From Candidatus Latescibacterota bacterium (GTDB lineage: Bacteria; Latescibacterota; UBA2968; UBA8231), in NCBI GenBank assembly GCA_965208105.1, contig OZ242318.1, positions 448,001 to 512,000 on the forward strand: 64,000 nt of DNA, given 5' to 3'. Each line of letters begins with the position of its first letter. Position 1 is the stretch's first letter. Below the pieces are notes generated by a model, which was not told the DNA's origin, searched no databases, and saw nothing but the letters and a program-made list of their open reading frames with translations. The position numbers and the translations under genes are program-made. Shown here piece by piece: positions 48,110-57,297 of the stretch.

Positions 48110-50758
48110 TCAGTAATTCAGCGGAGAGACCGCCTTGCTGACCATCGCCAGGGCGGCGCACAGCATGCCCACCAGGGCCATTCCCACGCCGAAGCCCACC
48201 GCCAGCACCATGGCATAGCGCCGCCATTCCTGCTTGCCGTAGCGCTTCCAGAAGTAGAACCTCGCCAGCAGCGCCCCGAAGATCTGGGGCAGCAGGCTGT
48301 GCGGGATGCCGATGACACTCTGCACGTAGCCCCAGATCAGAAAGATGGGCAACCCCAGGAAGGAAAGGATGGAATAGGCCACCAGCCCGAAGCCGGCCCC
48401 GAATGCGATAATGGGCCATTTTTTGCCGTCCACGGGATGGCCCCAGTCCTCGTCCACCTCCCCGTCGCCATCGTCGTCGCGGCCGTTGACCACTTCTTCG
48501 TCCACCTCCCCGTCGCCGTCGTCGTCGCGGCGGTTGCCGCTGAAGCGCAGATCCTCCCACAGGGCCTCGAACAGCAGGGGACGGTGGGAGGAGCGCAGGA
48601 GAAAATCCCCGCCGAAGCCCTGGGCCCGGTCCAGCTCGAAGTAGAAGTCCAGGGAGTCCTCCGCAACATTCTGTGCCGCGGCCCTTAAATGGGGGTTGGG
48701 GCTGTCTACCAGGTGGCCGTCCGGAGGCCACAGCAGGCGCGGAGCGGGCAGCTCCGGATCGCCCCCGCCAGATTCGGGCTGAGCTTCGATGATTCCCTCG
48801 AGCCGGGGCGCGGGGGGCGGCGAACCCCGCCCCTGGAAGTCGGTGAAAAAGTAGCCCACCCTCGACCAGGGGCCGTAGCTCCTCTTCTCGGGATCCGGGA
48901 CGTGGGTCTCCTGGGTCCCCCGCGCCCGCCAGAACCACCAGGTGCGGTCGCGCAGGTTGCTGGGACTCCACACCGCCTGGCCGCGCCCCACCTTTGCGCC
49001 TTCCACCTCCTCCCCTGCGCGCCACATCTTGTTGTACATGGTGCTCGACAGGAAGAAGGCCTGATCAAATGCCCTGAGGGGCCACATCTTCTGGGCATAG
49101 GGATAGGACTCGGATGGTATGGGCGCCAGGCGCCAGAGGAAGGTCCAGTACATCAGGCTCACGGCAAAGACGATGGGAATCATGAACAACTCGGCCTTGA
49201 GCAGGCTGGTGAAGCGCATGCCGGTGAGCTCCACCACGCGAAAATCTTCTGCATGTCCCCCGTAGTTGCGCGTCGGAAAGGGCACGAACCAGATGTCCAC
49301 CCCCCTGTAACCGGTCAGAAAGATGACCGCCTCGTTGATGTAGGGGATGGAGGCCTCGCGGCCGATCAGACCGTCCAGGCGGGCGCTGACGAAGGAGATG
49401 ATGGGAGCGTAGACGAAGGCGATGAGGAGGAAGACCACCAGCAGTCCGGTGCTCACTAGGGTGGGGAACAGGGTTTTGGCCAGGACGATGGGATAGAGGG
49501 CGGCGGTGCAGAAAAGGGCGACGCAGACCCAGATATTGAAATCCCCCCTCCCCAGATGCGCAATGCAGTATCCCCTGACCTCGGCGGGGCGCCTGCAGCT
49601 TCCGTGGCGGCAGACGCCGGTGGTAGGGCTTCTTTCCGCCTGGTTCTGCTCCCTGATCTCCTGCTGCCTGCGGCGTCCCGTGGCGAAAAGGTTGTAGAAG
49701 CTGATGGTGGTCACGGCGAGGGTGATGCCGATGGAGAAGGCGCGCCAGAAATCGATTCCGGTGGCGATCTGGGTGCGAATGGTGTCCATGCCCACCTCCC
49801 ACCGCGGCAACCAGCCGTAGGCGTAGAGGATGGGACTTACCGCGGTGTGGACCACGACTCCGGCGAAAGAACCGACCACCGCCCAGAAGGGCATGAGCAG
49901 GCCGGCGAAGATGGGACCCAGGTGAAGGGTGATGCCCAGGGGAGCCGCCTGCAGCAGGTTGCCCAGGTAGGGGGTGAAATCGGCAAAGGGAATGGGAATC
50001 AGTTCCAGGCGCTTGCCGAAGGCGATCTCCGTGATGGTTGGCAGCCCCACGTAGAGCACCCCGAACACCGTGCCGATGGCGGCGCCAATGCTGAACACCG
50101 GCCACTTCCAGGTTTCTCTCTCGCTGCCGCTCTCCTCGGCCAGGGCCATGGCCCCCAGCGCCGACATGGGCGCGGTGGGAAAGGGCAGCTGCTCCCGGTC
50201 GGAGGTCAGCCGGAAGAGCAGATAACCGGAGGTGAACCAGGCGATGCGGCCCACGATGGTGCCCAGCACCAGGAGCAGGATGGGCACCGCCCAGTCGCGG
50301 TGCAGAAAGGTGCGCTCGGCAATGGCCTGGGAATCCGGGTCAGGAACCCACCACGAGGGCAGCAGGCGGGAAATGCCGAACTGCTCTGCCTCGGCCGATC
50401 CCACGAAGTACTGGCGCCAGAGCAAATCGAGAAAGGCGCCCTCCTCCCGCGCGACCAGAGCAGACGCCACGTACACCAGCAGGAAGATCTCCTGCCGCTT
50501 CAAAGAGGTGAATGACCGCTTGGCCACCTCGAGGAACAGAATGACGGTCACCCATTGCGCCGCCGAGCCGATCGAGCCGCCAGTCACCAGTCCCAGATAC
50601 ATCTCGCCCGGGGTCATGATCAGGGAGATGAAGACCACCCCGAGGATGGTGCGCAGGGTGAAACCGCTTTCAAAGCGGTCGGGCGCCTGCAGCAGATCCC
50701 TGTACTCTTCGACTTCCTCCCACTGCCTGTCCTTGCGCCTGAGCATCGCCGGATTCAC
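48110..50758 (-). CDS. OPT-superfamily-like transporter with inserted soluble domains
   Basis: 882 aa; GFTLRTILG, AQWVTVILF.E and REQLPFP motifs, many TMs; GTG start overlaps the upstream stop (GTGA). Confidence 0.75.
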   Translation of the reverse strand: MNPAMLRRKDRQWEEVEEYRDLLQAPDRFESGFTLRTILGVVFISLIMTPGEMYLGLVTGGSIGSAAQWVTVILFLEVAKRSFTSLKRQEIFLLVYVASALVAREEGAFLDLLWRQYFVGSAEAEQFGISRLLPSWWVPDPDSQAIAERTFLHRDWAVPILLLVLGTIVGRIAWFTSGYLLFRLTSDREQLPFPTAPMSALGAMALAEESGSERETWKWPVFSIGAAIGTVFGVLYVGLPTITEIAFGKRLELIPIPFADFTPYLGNLLQAAPLGITLHLGPIFAGLLMPFWAVVGSFAGVVVHTAVSPILYAYGWLPRWEVGMDTIRTQIATGIDFWRAFSIGITLAVTTISFYNLFATGRRRQQEIREQNQAERSPTTGVCRHGSCRRPAEVRGYCIAHLGRGDFNIWVCVALFCTAALYPIVLAKTLFPTLVSTGLLVVFLLIAFVYAPIISFVSARLDGLIGREASIPYINEAVIFLTGYRGVDIWFVPFPTRNYGGHAEDFRVVELTGMRFTSLLKAELFMIPIVFAVSLMYWTFLWRLAPIPSESYPYAQKMWPLRAFDQAFFLSSTMYNKMWRAGEEVEGAKVGRGQAVWSPSNLRDRTWWFWRARGTQETHVPDPEKRSYGPWSRVGYFFTDFQGRGSPPPAPRLEGIIEAQPESGGGDPELPAPRLLWPPDGHLVDSPNPHLRAAAQNVAEDSLDFYFELDRAQGFGGDFLLRSSHRPLLFEALWEDLRFSGNRRDDDGDGEVDEEVVNGRDDDGDGEVDEDWGHPVDGKKWPIIAFGAGFGLVAYSILSFLGLPIFLIWGYVQSVIGIPHSLLPQIFGALLARFYFWKRYGKQEWRRYAMVLAVGFGVGMALVGMLCAALAMVSKAVSPLNY
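48450..48531 (-). repeat. Two 34-bp copies (48-bp period) encoding tandem RDDDGDGEVDE Ca-binding-type loops
   Basis: tcgtccacctccccgtcgcc(a/g)tcgtcgtcgcggc at 48450 and 48498. Confidence 0.9.
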
Positions 50759-53700
50759 CCGCCTTCCATGGCTATGCCCTCACCCAGCATCTGACGGGCC
50801 CTTTCCATGTGCTGCTCCCGTTCCTCATCCTTCAAGGTGTGCCAGATGAGGAACTCCTTGCGCAATCCATGCACGAAGCGCTGGTTCGTCGAGCGCCAGA
50901 AGGTGTCCTGGCCGCTGACGCGCTGAATGAAGAACTCGGCCGCGTAGATATTCTCCACCTCGGTGGGCTCGAAAACGATCTGCAGGTACTGGCTCACGCC
51001 CATGTCGAAGGGGGCCAGCCAGATCAGCATCTGTACCGCGTACTCCTCTCCCCTGGCCCCGCTTTCGCGAACCAGCCGGATTTCCTCGGTGAAGAAGGTT
51101 CCCAGGGACTCCTCGCTGTAGGCCCTGAAGTAGTTGACCAGAAAGCCGCACAGTCCCTCCACTTCCGCCTTGCCCACCATGAAGGGAAAGGGGAACTCCC
51201 AGCGGTCTCCCTCGGGAGCCGGCAACTGCCAGCGCCGCACCACCTCGGGGACCGCCGCCTGCGCCGCCATGCGCGCCGGGTAAAGGGTGGAGAGCAACAC
51301 CACCGCCATCACCAGCAGCGCTGCCACCACCGCAGACAGGGAGGAATAGTTCAGATTGACCCCCTCCAGGAAATTTGCCCAGATCAGCGCCTTTCCCATG
51401 CTCTGGCCGAGGACATATCCGCCGGCGATGCCCAGGACCGCATAGACGCAGGCCTCCGCCACGAAGAGCATGGAGATGTGGGCGGGAGCCAGACCCACCG
51501 ATGAGTAGATGCCGATCTCGCGGGAGCGCTCGTGTACCGCCCCGACCATGGTGTTGAGCACGATGAGGGCGGCGATGATCACGGGAACGATCAACTGCCC
51601 CAGGCCCTCCACCACCGTCATTCCCACGGAAGTGTAGGAATAGACGTTGATCCCATCCTCCTCCTCCAGGCCTGCGAACAGGCTGGTGGCCTGGCGCAGC
51701 AGAAAATCCTCGATCAGATCCCTCGCTTCCACTTCGGGGTGGAAGCGGACGGCCACCGAGCGCAGGTCGCCCCCCATCTGGCGGGCCAACTCGTAGGGCA
51801 CGACAAGAACGGTCTCGGGACGCTGGTGCACGAAGGGCCGGATGCCGCGGGGGTCTTCCCCAACTGCCGCTGCTCCGGTCTGGTCCACCGAGAGGTGGAA
51901 ATCGGCCGGGGTCGCCATCCCACCATCGAGGTCGCGACTGAGCGCCAGGCGGTTTGAGTCCACGAGGCCGCGCAGGAGCAATTGGCGGCCGAAAATACTG
52001 ACCCGCGCCCGGCCTACATCCTCTTCCGCGATCCCCAGCAAGGCGGCCATTTCCACTGGAACCAGGCAGGTGGATTCACCCGCCTCTTCAAACCAGGTGC
52101 CGGCCCGGAGAACCGCGTCCAGGACGCCGATTTGTTCTTCCTGGGGCGCCAGCCCCAGCAGGGCTCCGGCGCGGACCGAGCGCTTTCCGGATGTGACCGT
52201 GATATAGCCCTTTTCCTCCCCGCCCTGGAGTATAAACCAGCTTCGCGGACTGACGATGCCGTGGGACTCGAAATGAGAGCGCACGTATTCGAGGGCGGCC
52301 AGCTCCAGGGGTTCCCATCCCCAGTTCCTGATCAGGGCACCGGAATAAGCCCCTCCCTTGCCCAGCGGAAACCCCATAAAGCGAATCTGATTCTTGAATG
52401 AAGAGAAGGATAGCACGGTGAAGGTAAGCAGAACGAGAGTCGTCAGGGTCAGCCCGGTGCGCAGCTTGCGCCTCCGCATGTTCGAAATGCCCAGCATGAA
52501 AGCGGCATAGGCGGCGCCGACGCGGCTGATGTCGGTCTCGTGTACCTGGGCCGCAATCGCCTGGTAGTCGCGCATGTGGCGGTTGAAGCGGCCGACCACG
52601 AGCAGCAGCACGAAGACCGCCATGGCCATTATGGCAAAGGCCAGGAGGAGCACCAGAGGATGGGCGATCTCGAAGGCCGGGTGCACCTGCGAGATCACCA
52701 CCCAGATAAAGAGGAGCAGGAGAGCGAAGCCGGCCAGTTGCCGACGGATGTCGGCGGCGGCGAGGAACAGGCGTTCGGCGAAGAAGGCGGCTGGAATAAC
52801 CAGGGCCAGAAAAAACACCATGCCCTTGATCACGTCGTTGAGGGTGACCAGCGCATCCGGGTAAACGCGGGACTCGGTTCCCAGGGCGGCGCGAACGCCG
52901 GCCACGTGGCGGTCCCACTGCCTCGCCCGGCCGGCCTCCTCCGCCTCTTCCATCAAGGAGCCCGCCATCGCGTGAAGTTGGGTAAGACGCTGGTTTTCGA
53001 TGGCGTGCCGGCGCATGGTCCGCAGGCGGGCTTCGGTGAGCTGCCACATATCGCGCAGGGCGAGCACGGTGGTGCGGGTCAGCTCTTCCTCGGCGAGGAG
53101 ATAGCCGATTCCGCGCGCTTCCTTCTCGCTTGCGGTTCCCTGGCTGTTGACCAGCAGCATGAGGCCACCGTTCACGATGATCTTGAGACGGTCGCCATAG
53201 GCCCTGCCCGGAGGACCGAATACCACCCCTACGAGGTCCCGGGGGGACGGACTCAAGGCATAGCCGCAACGGCGGGCGTCGCGTCCTCCGGCATCGAGGA
53301 TCTTCAGATTCTGCATGGGCAGGAGAAATCGCGGATCGAGGAGACTGAAGAGGGGCCGTTGAACAGCCTCGAAAAGAACCAGGGTTTTCTTGTTGGTGGT
53401 GAAGCGGATGCTGCTCTGCAAGGAACCGTTGTCGGCAGGCTCCCCGTGGTGGTCCTGCGCCCTTATGCTCAGATCGGGGGCGAGGACGATCGACCCGGTC
53501 TTCGGCTCGAGCCCGTAGGCGCTGACCATGGCCATGCCCTGGGGCAGACCTCTGATTTCGGCATTGCCGTCCGTGCCGCAGATGTGGTAGCGCCACCGGC
53601 GAACCCCTTGGCGAGTCCCTTCCAGCCCCAGGTCCTGGCGGGCCGTTCCCCGGCCCTGGTGGGGGTCCGCAGGCCTTATGGCTGCCAGCGCCCCCGCGAC

Positions 53701-55197
53701 GGCCCGGTCCGGCAACTGGCTCCTGGGGGGAAAGGTGCGCACTTCAAGGCGCAGATCCCGCAGGCGGTCCTTGAGTGCCTGGCCGAACTCGTCCATACCG
53801 GCGAAAAGTTCAGGGTCGTCGAGGGCGCGGTGCAGGATCCTCTGGAGCAGGGCGATCTGTCGCTCCAGGTTGCCGAGGTTCACCTTCCCGGGACGGTCCA
53901 GGGGAGTATCCAGGTTGAACCGTCCGTCGTGCACGGTGACGAAGGCCAGGGAGACGATCCCGGCCGCGTGGGCCATCTCGCTGTTGACCGGGGCGCCCTG
54001 GGGCACGAAAGAGGACCATCCCAACCCCTTGATCGGGCTGATGCCGTTGACGAGGACTTCATTGCCATGCCTGCCCAACAGCGGCGCCATTTGCCTGGCG
54101 TAGGCGGTAAACCTGCGGCCGAAGGGGGCATAGAAGCGCCGCAAATCGGCGTTGTGGGTACTGTTCCACAGGCCCAGAAGATCGCTTTGGCTGGAAAGAT
54201 CCAGGCTTATGAAGAGCTTCACCTGGAGGGGGTCCGCGACCCGTCCGACGTAATCCTCGTGGAGGCGGGCGTGGCGCTCGAGAAAATCCACCATCCCCTG
54301 CATGGCCTGAAAATGAGCCGAAGTGGCAGCCAGAACCACGGTGCGGGCCGGCGGATGCGCCTTCAGGTGGCGGGCAAGCTCCAGAAGGGCGGTTATGCTG
54401 CAGGCGGCCTCGGCACTGGGGGCCAGCGCCGGCACCACCGAAGTGCCGTCGTAATAGGCCTCTACCACGATAATTTCGCGATTCAGCTCCGGGTGCGCCC
54501 CCGCAATCCTGCCGACGATATTCCAGGCAGGCCTCTCCTCCCAGTCCATCCTTCCCCGCAGCAGCCCTTCAACCTCGCCGCCCTGCCGGAGACGCTGGAG
54601 CAGGCTCAGGCCCGCATTCCGCCCGATCCAGAACCGCGGAATATCCAGGGGCGCTTCAACAAATTTGTCGTTTGCCTGTCTCCAGGTGGAGCTCTCGGGC
54701 TCAATGAAGATTACCGCCCTTGCTCCCAGGGCCGCGGCGTGCAGCCATCGGTCCTCGCTGTTGAATTCGAGCAGGGCGATGCGCCCCTCCACCTGCCGGC
54801 CGTTGAACTCGGACCAGTCGCCGTGCCCGCCATAAATCATGGGCGCTCTCACCCCCTCCGCAGGCAGTGTAGAGGTGCGCACCAGGTTGGGCCACAAACT
54901 CCAGATCTCGAAGACCCTGCCTTCCACCGTCAGCAGGAAGCCCCGGTCCATGGGCACCACCACCCCGTACTCCTCCCGGCGCAAATCCTCCACTCCGATG
55001 GCACCCAGTTCGGCCTCTACATAATCCGCCGCCAGAGCACAGCCAGGATAGCCCACCACTCTCGAGCCCGGCGCACTGAAGCGCTCGATGACACCGCGCA
55101 GATGGTCCACGTCGGCACCGGCGCAGGCATGCGCAATCAGAAGCCCGGAAGCTACCCGGAGAAGAAAAAATGCTCGCAAGGGAAATTTTTTCGGCAT
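50755..55197 (-). CDS. Fusion protein: signal peptide, PA/M28-like peptidase fold, TM block, MacB/FtsX-like permease, C-terminal soluble domain
   Basis: SRVVGYPG, NIVGRIAG..IIVVEAYYD and PPARTVVLAA (M28 fold); NMRRRKLRTGLT and HERSREIGIYSSVG..LYPARMAA (FtsX). Confidence 0.8.
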   Translation of the reverse strand: MPKKFPLRAFFLLRVASGLLIAHACAGADVDHLRGVIERFSAPGSRVVGYPGCALAADYVEAELGAIGVEDLRREEYGVVVPMDRGFLLTVEGRVFEIWSLWPNLVRTSTLPAEGVRAPMIYGGHGDWSEFNGRQVEGRIALLEFNSEDRWLHAAALGARAVIFIEPESSTWRQANDKFVEAPLDIPRFWIGRNAGLSLLQRLRQGGEVEGLLRGRMDWEERPAWNIVGRIAGAHPELNREIIVVEAYYDGTSVVPALAPSAEAACSITALLELARHLKAHPPARTVVLAATSAHFQAMQGMVDFLERHARLHEDYVGRVADPLQVKLFISLDLSSQSDLLGLWNSTHNADLRRFYAPFGRRFTAYARQMAPLLGRHGNEVLVNGISPIKGLGWSSFVPQGAPVNSEMAHAAGIVSLAFVTVHDGRFNLDTPLDRPGKVNLGNLERQIALLQRILHRALDDPELFAGMDEFGQALKDRLRDLRLEVRTFPPRSQLPDRAVAGALAAIRPADPHQGRGTARQDLGLEGTRQGVRRWRYHICGTDGNAEIRGLPQGMAMVSAYGLEPKTGSIVLAPDLSIRAQDHHGEPADNGSLQSSIRFTTNKKTLVLFEAVQRPLFSLLDPRFLLPMQNLKILDAGGRDARRCGYALSPSPRDLVGVVFGPPGRAYGDRLKIIVNGGLMLLVNSQGTASEKEARGIGYLLAEEELTRTTVLALRDMWQLTEARLRTMRRHAIENQRLTQLHAMAGSLMEEAEEAGRARQWDRHVAGVRAALGTESRVYPDALVTLNDVIKGMVFFLALVIPAAFFAERLFLAAADIRRQLAGFALLLLFIWVVISQVHPAFEIAHPLVLLLAFAIMAMAVFVLLLVVGRFNRHMRDYQAIAAQVHETDISRVGAAYAAFMLGISNMRRRKLRTGLTLTTLVLLTFTVLSFSSFKNQIRFMGFPLGKGGAYSGALIRNWGWEPLELAALEYVRSHFESHGIVSPRSWFILQGGEEKGYITVTSGKRSVRAGALLGLAPQEEQIGVLDAVLRAGTWFEEAGESTCLVPVEMAALLGIAEEDVGRARVSIFGRQLLLRGLVDSNRLALSRDLDGGMATPADFHLSVDQTGAAAVGEDPRGIRPFVHQRPETVLVVPYELARQMGGDLRSVAVRFHPEVEARDLIEDFLLRQATSLFAGLEEEDGINVYSYTSVGMTVVEGLGQLIVPVIIAALIVLNTMVGAVHERSREIGIYSSVGLAPAHISMLFVAEACVYAVLGIAGGYVLGQSMGKALIWANFLEGVNLNYSSLSAVVAALLVMAVVLLSTLYPARMAAQAAVPEVVRRWQLPAPEGDRWEFPFPFMVGKAEVEGLCGFLVNYFRAYSEESLGTFFTEEIRLVRESGARGEEYAVQMLIWLAPFDMGVSQYLQIVFEPTEVENIYAAEFFIQRVSGQDTFWRSTNQRFVHGLRKEFLIWHTLKDEEREQHMERARQMLGEGIAMEGG

Positions 55198-55316
55198 GGA
55201 GCTTTCCCGGGGGCCATTCAGAATTTCTATCTATTGAAAGCGGGCCCGGCCCCGCTGCCCGGCGGACCCTCCTCAAACGCGAAAAGGCACCCTGGCAACC
55301 TCGAGCAAACGCGGAT

Positions 55317-55345
55317 TTGATCGGCTCCCACCGGTTTAGTATAGT
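55317..55345 (+). promoter_or_regulatory. Putative sigma70 promoter for the fucosidase in the divergent intergenic region
   Basis: TTGATC-17 nt-TATAGT. Confidence 0.45.
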
Positions 55346-55404
55346 AAACTATAATCCGACCGTCCCACCCCCATTCAACCCCGGCAGGAGAGGAGAGTCT
55401 CCAG

Positions 55405-56718
55405 ATGGAACTGAAAAAGAGCGGCGGCGCCACCGACTGGTTCGTCCACGACCGATTCGGTCTCTTCATCCACTGGGGTCTCTACGCCCTTCCCGCGCGC
55501 CACGAGTGGGTCAAGCAACGCGAGGAAATTGCGGACGAAGCCTACGACCGCAAGTACTTCTCGCGCTTCGATCCCGACCTCTACGATCCGGACTCCTGGG
55601 CAGAGGCCGCCGCAGCCGCCGGCATGAAATATTTCGTGGTCACCAGCAAACACCACGAGGGCTTCTGCCTTTGGGATTCGCAGCTTACCGACTACAAGGC
55701 GACCAGGACGCCCGCTGCACGCGACCTCCTGAAACCCATGGTCGAGGCCTTTCGCCGGCGCGGCATGAAGGTCGGGTTCTACCACTCCCTCATCGACTGG
55801 CATCACCCGGACTTCGTCATCGACGACCTGCACTCAATGCGCAACCACCCCGACCGCGAACGGCTCAACGCCGGGCGCCGGCAGAAAAGCTACATCGAGT
55901 ATCTGCACGGCCAGGCGCGGGAGCTGTTGACCCGGTTCGGCCGCGTCGACCTGCTGTTCTACGATTTCAGTTACCGGCCAGGAGAGCGGGGCCGCTCCCC
56001 GGATCTCACCGGCAAGGGACGCGACGACTGGAACAGCCGCGACCTCATTGCGTTGACCCGCAAGCTGCAGCCCGACATCCTCGTCAACGACCGGCTGGAC
56101 CTGCACGAAGTGGAGGGAGGCTGGGACTACATGACCCCCGAGCAGTTTCTGCCCCGGGACCCGGTCACAGTTGGCGGCCGGCCGGTGTTGTGGGAAACAT
56201 GCCAGACCTTCTCCGGCTCTTGGGGCTACCACCGCGACGAGACCTCCTGGAAGAGCGTCGAACAACTGATTCGCATGCTGATCGAGGTGGTGAGCAAGGG
56301 GGGGAACCTCCTCCTGAACGTGGGCCCCACCGCCCGCGGGGAGTTCGACGACCGCGCCCTGGAGCGCCTGCGCGGGATGGGCGAATGGATGAAGCGTCAC
56401 GGGCGCTCGATCTACGGCTGCACCATGGCACCTGGAGAGTTCGCCGCGCCACCGGACTGCCGCCTCACCTACAATGCGCGCACCCGCCGGATCTATCTCC
56501 ACGTCTTTGCCTGGCCGTTCAGGCAACTTCACCTCGACGGCTTTGCAGGAATGGTCGATTACGCCCAGCTACTCAACGATGGTTCGGAGATACTCATCAG
56601 TGAAGATCCAGGCCACTACCGCAGCGGCGACCGCCACCAGCGGCAGACCCTGACCCTTGAACTTCCAGTGGAGAAACCGCGCGTCGCAGTGCCCGTGGTA
56701 GAGCTCTTTCTGAGCTGA
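55405..56718 (+). CDS. Alpha-L-fucosidase (GH29), no signal peptide
   Basis: RFGLFIHWGLY, SKHHEGFCLWD, LLFYDF nucleophile region, WETCQT..SWGY and GGNLLLNVGP. Confidence 0.95.
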   Translation: MELKKSGGATDWFVHDRFGLFIHWGLYALPARHEWVKQREEIADEAYDRKYFSRFDPDLYDPDSWAEAAAAAGMKYFVVTSKHHEGFCLWDSQLTDYKATRTPAARDLLKPMVEAFRRRGMKVGFYHSLIDWHHPDFVIDDLHSMRNHPDRERLNAGRRQKSYIEYLHGQARELLTRFGRVDLLFYDFSYRPGERGRSPDLTGKGRDDWNSRDLIALTRKLQPDILVNDRLDLHEVEGGWDYMTPEQFLPRDPVTVGGRPVLWETCQTFSGSWGYHRDETSWKSVEQLIRMLIEVVSKGGNLLLNVGPTARGEFDDRALERLRGMGEWMKRHGRSIYGCTMAPGEFAAPPDCRLTYNARTRRIYLHVFAWPFRQLHLDGFAGMVDYAQLLNDGSEILISEDPGHYRSGDRHQRQTLTLELPVEKPRVAVPVVELFLS

Positions 56719-56751
56719 GCCGGGGAGACACCCTCCGGCGGCCGGGGCGGC

Positions 56752-57177
56752 TCACTCTCCTGATTTGCGCGCCTCCAACAGGCGGACCGCCACATAGGCC
56801 AGGAGCGCGAAAACGAAGAAGACGAGCAGCATCCATGCAATCCCCTGCAGGGTTTCGATGATGGTGCGGTAGACTTCGAGGACCCAGCGCTCGGTGGTCA
56901 GGGCCAGCGCGAACGCCTCTCCGGTCCCACCCTTCCGCAACCCGGGCTGGGCCAGGGAACGCGGCGTTATGTAGCGCTCCAGCTCCCAGACCCGCACTCC
57001 CTTGGAAATTCCCACCACATAGATGGCGAAGCGCATGTACCTCACCCAGGCGGAGCTGATCTCCTCGGCGATGATGCGCTGCACAATCCCGGCGATCGGC
57101 CCATTGAAGAGGTGGGCGACCAGAGCCGAAACCCCCAGGGCGATCAGGAACGTCACCAGCAGCAGTGTGATGAACAC
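56752..57177 (-). CDS. Small hypothetical membrane protein (about 3 TMs)
   Basis: GTG at 57177 after a strong RBS (AAGGAGG); hydrophobic helices. Confidence 0.75.
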   Translation of the reverse strand: MFITLLLVTFLIALGVSALVAHLFNGPIAGIVQRIIAEEISSAWVRYMRFAIYVVGISKGVRVWELERYITPRSLAQPGLRKGGTGEAFALALTTERWVLEVYRTIIETLQGIAWMLLVFFVFALLAYVAVRLLEARKSGE

Positions 57178-57297
57178 CTTCCTCCTCCTTTCACGAAGGG
57201 ACAACGATGCCGCAACCTGGACCAGGCCGAACACTGGCGGACCCAGGACGGATTTCAACGCGGAAGCGGCCTTCCACCTCTCTTCCCGATGCACCGT

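Noticed and set aside
52540-55320. 926-aa plus-strand ORF (also 40859-42910 minus, 43723-45228 minus, 45997-48141 plus)
   Set aside because: Antisense shadows of well-supported genes; low-information composition and no domain motifs.
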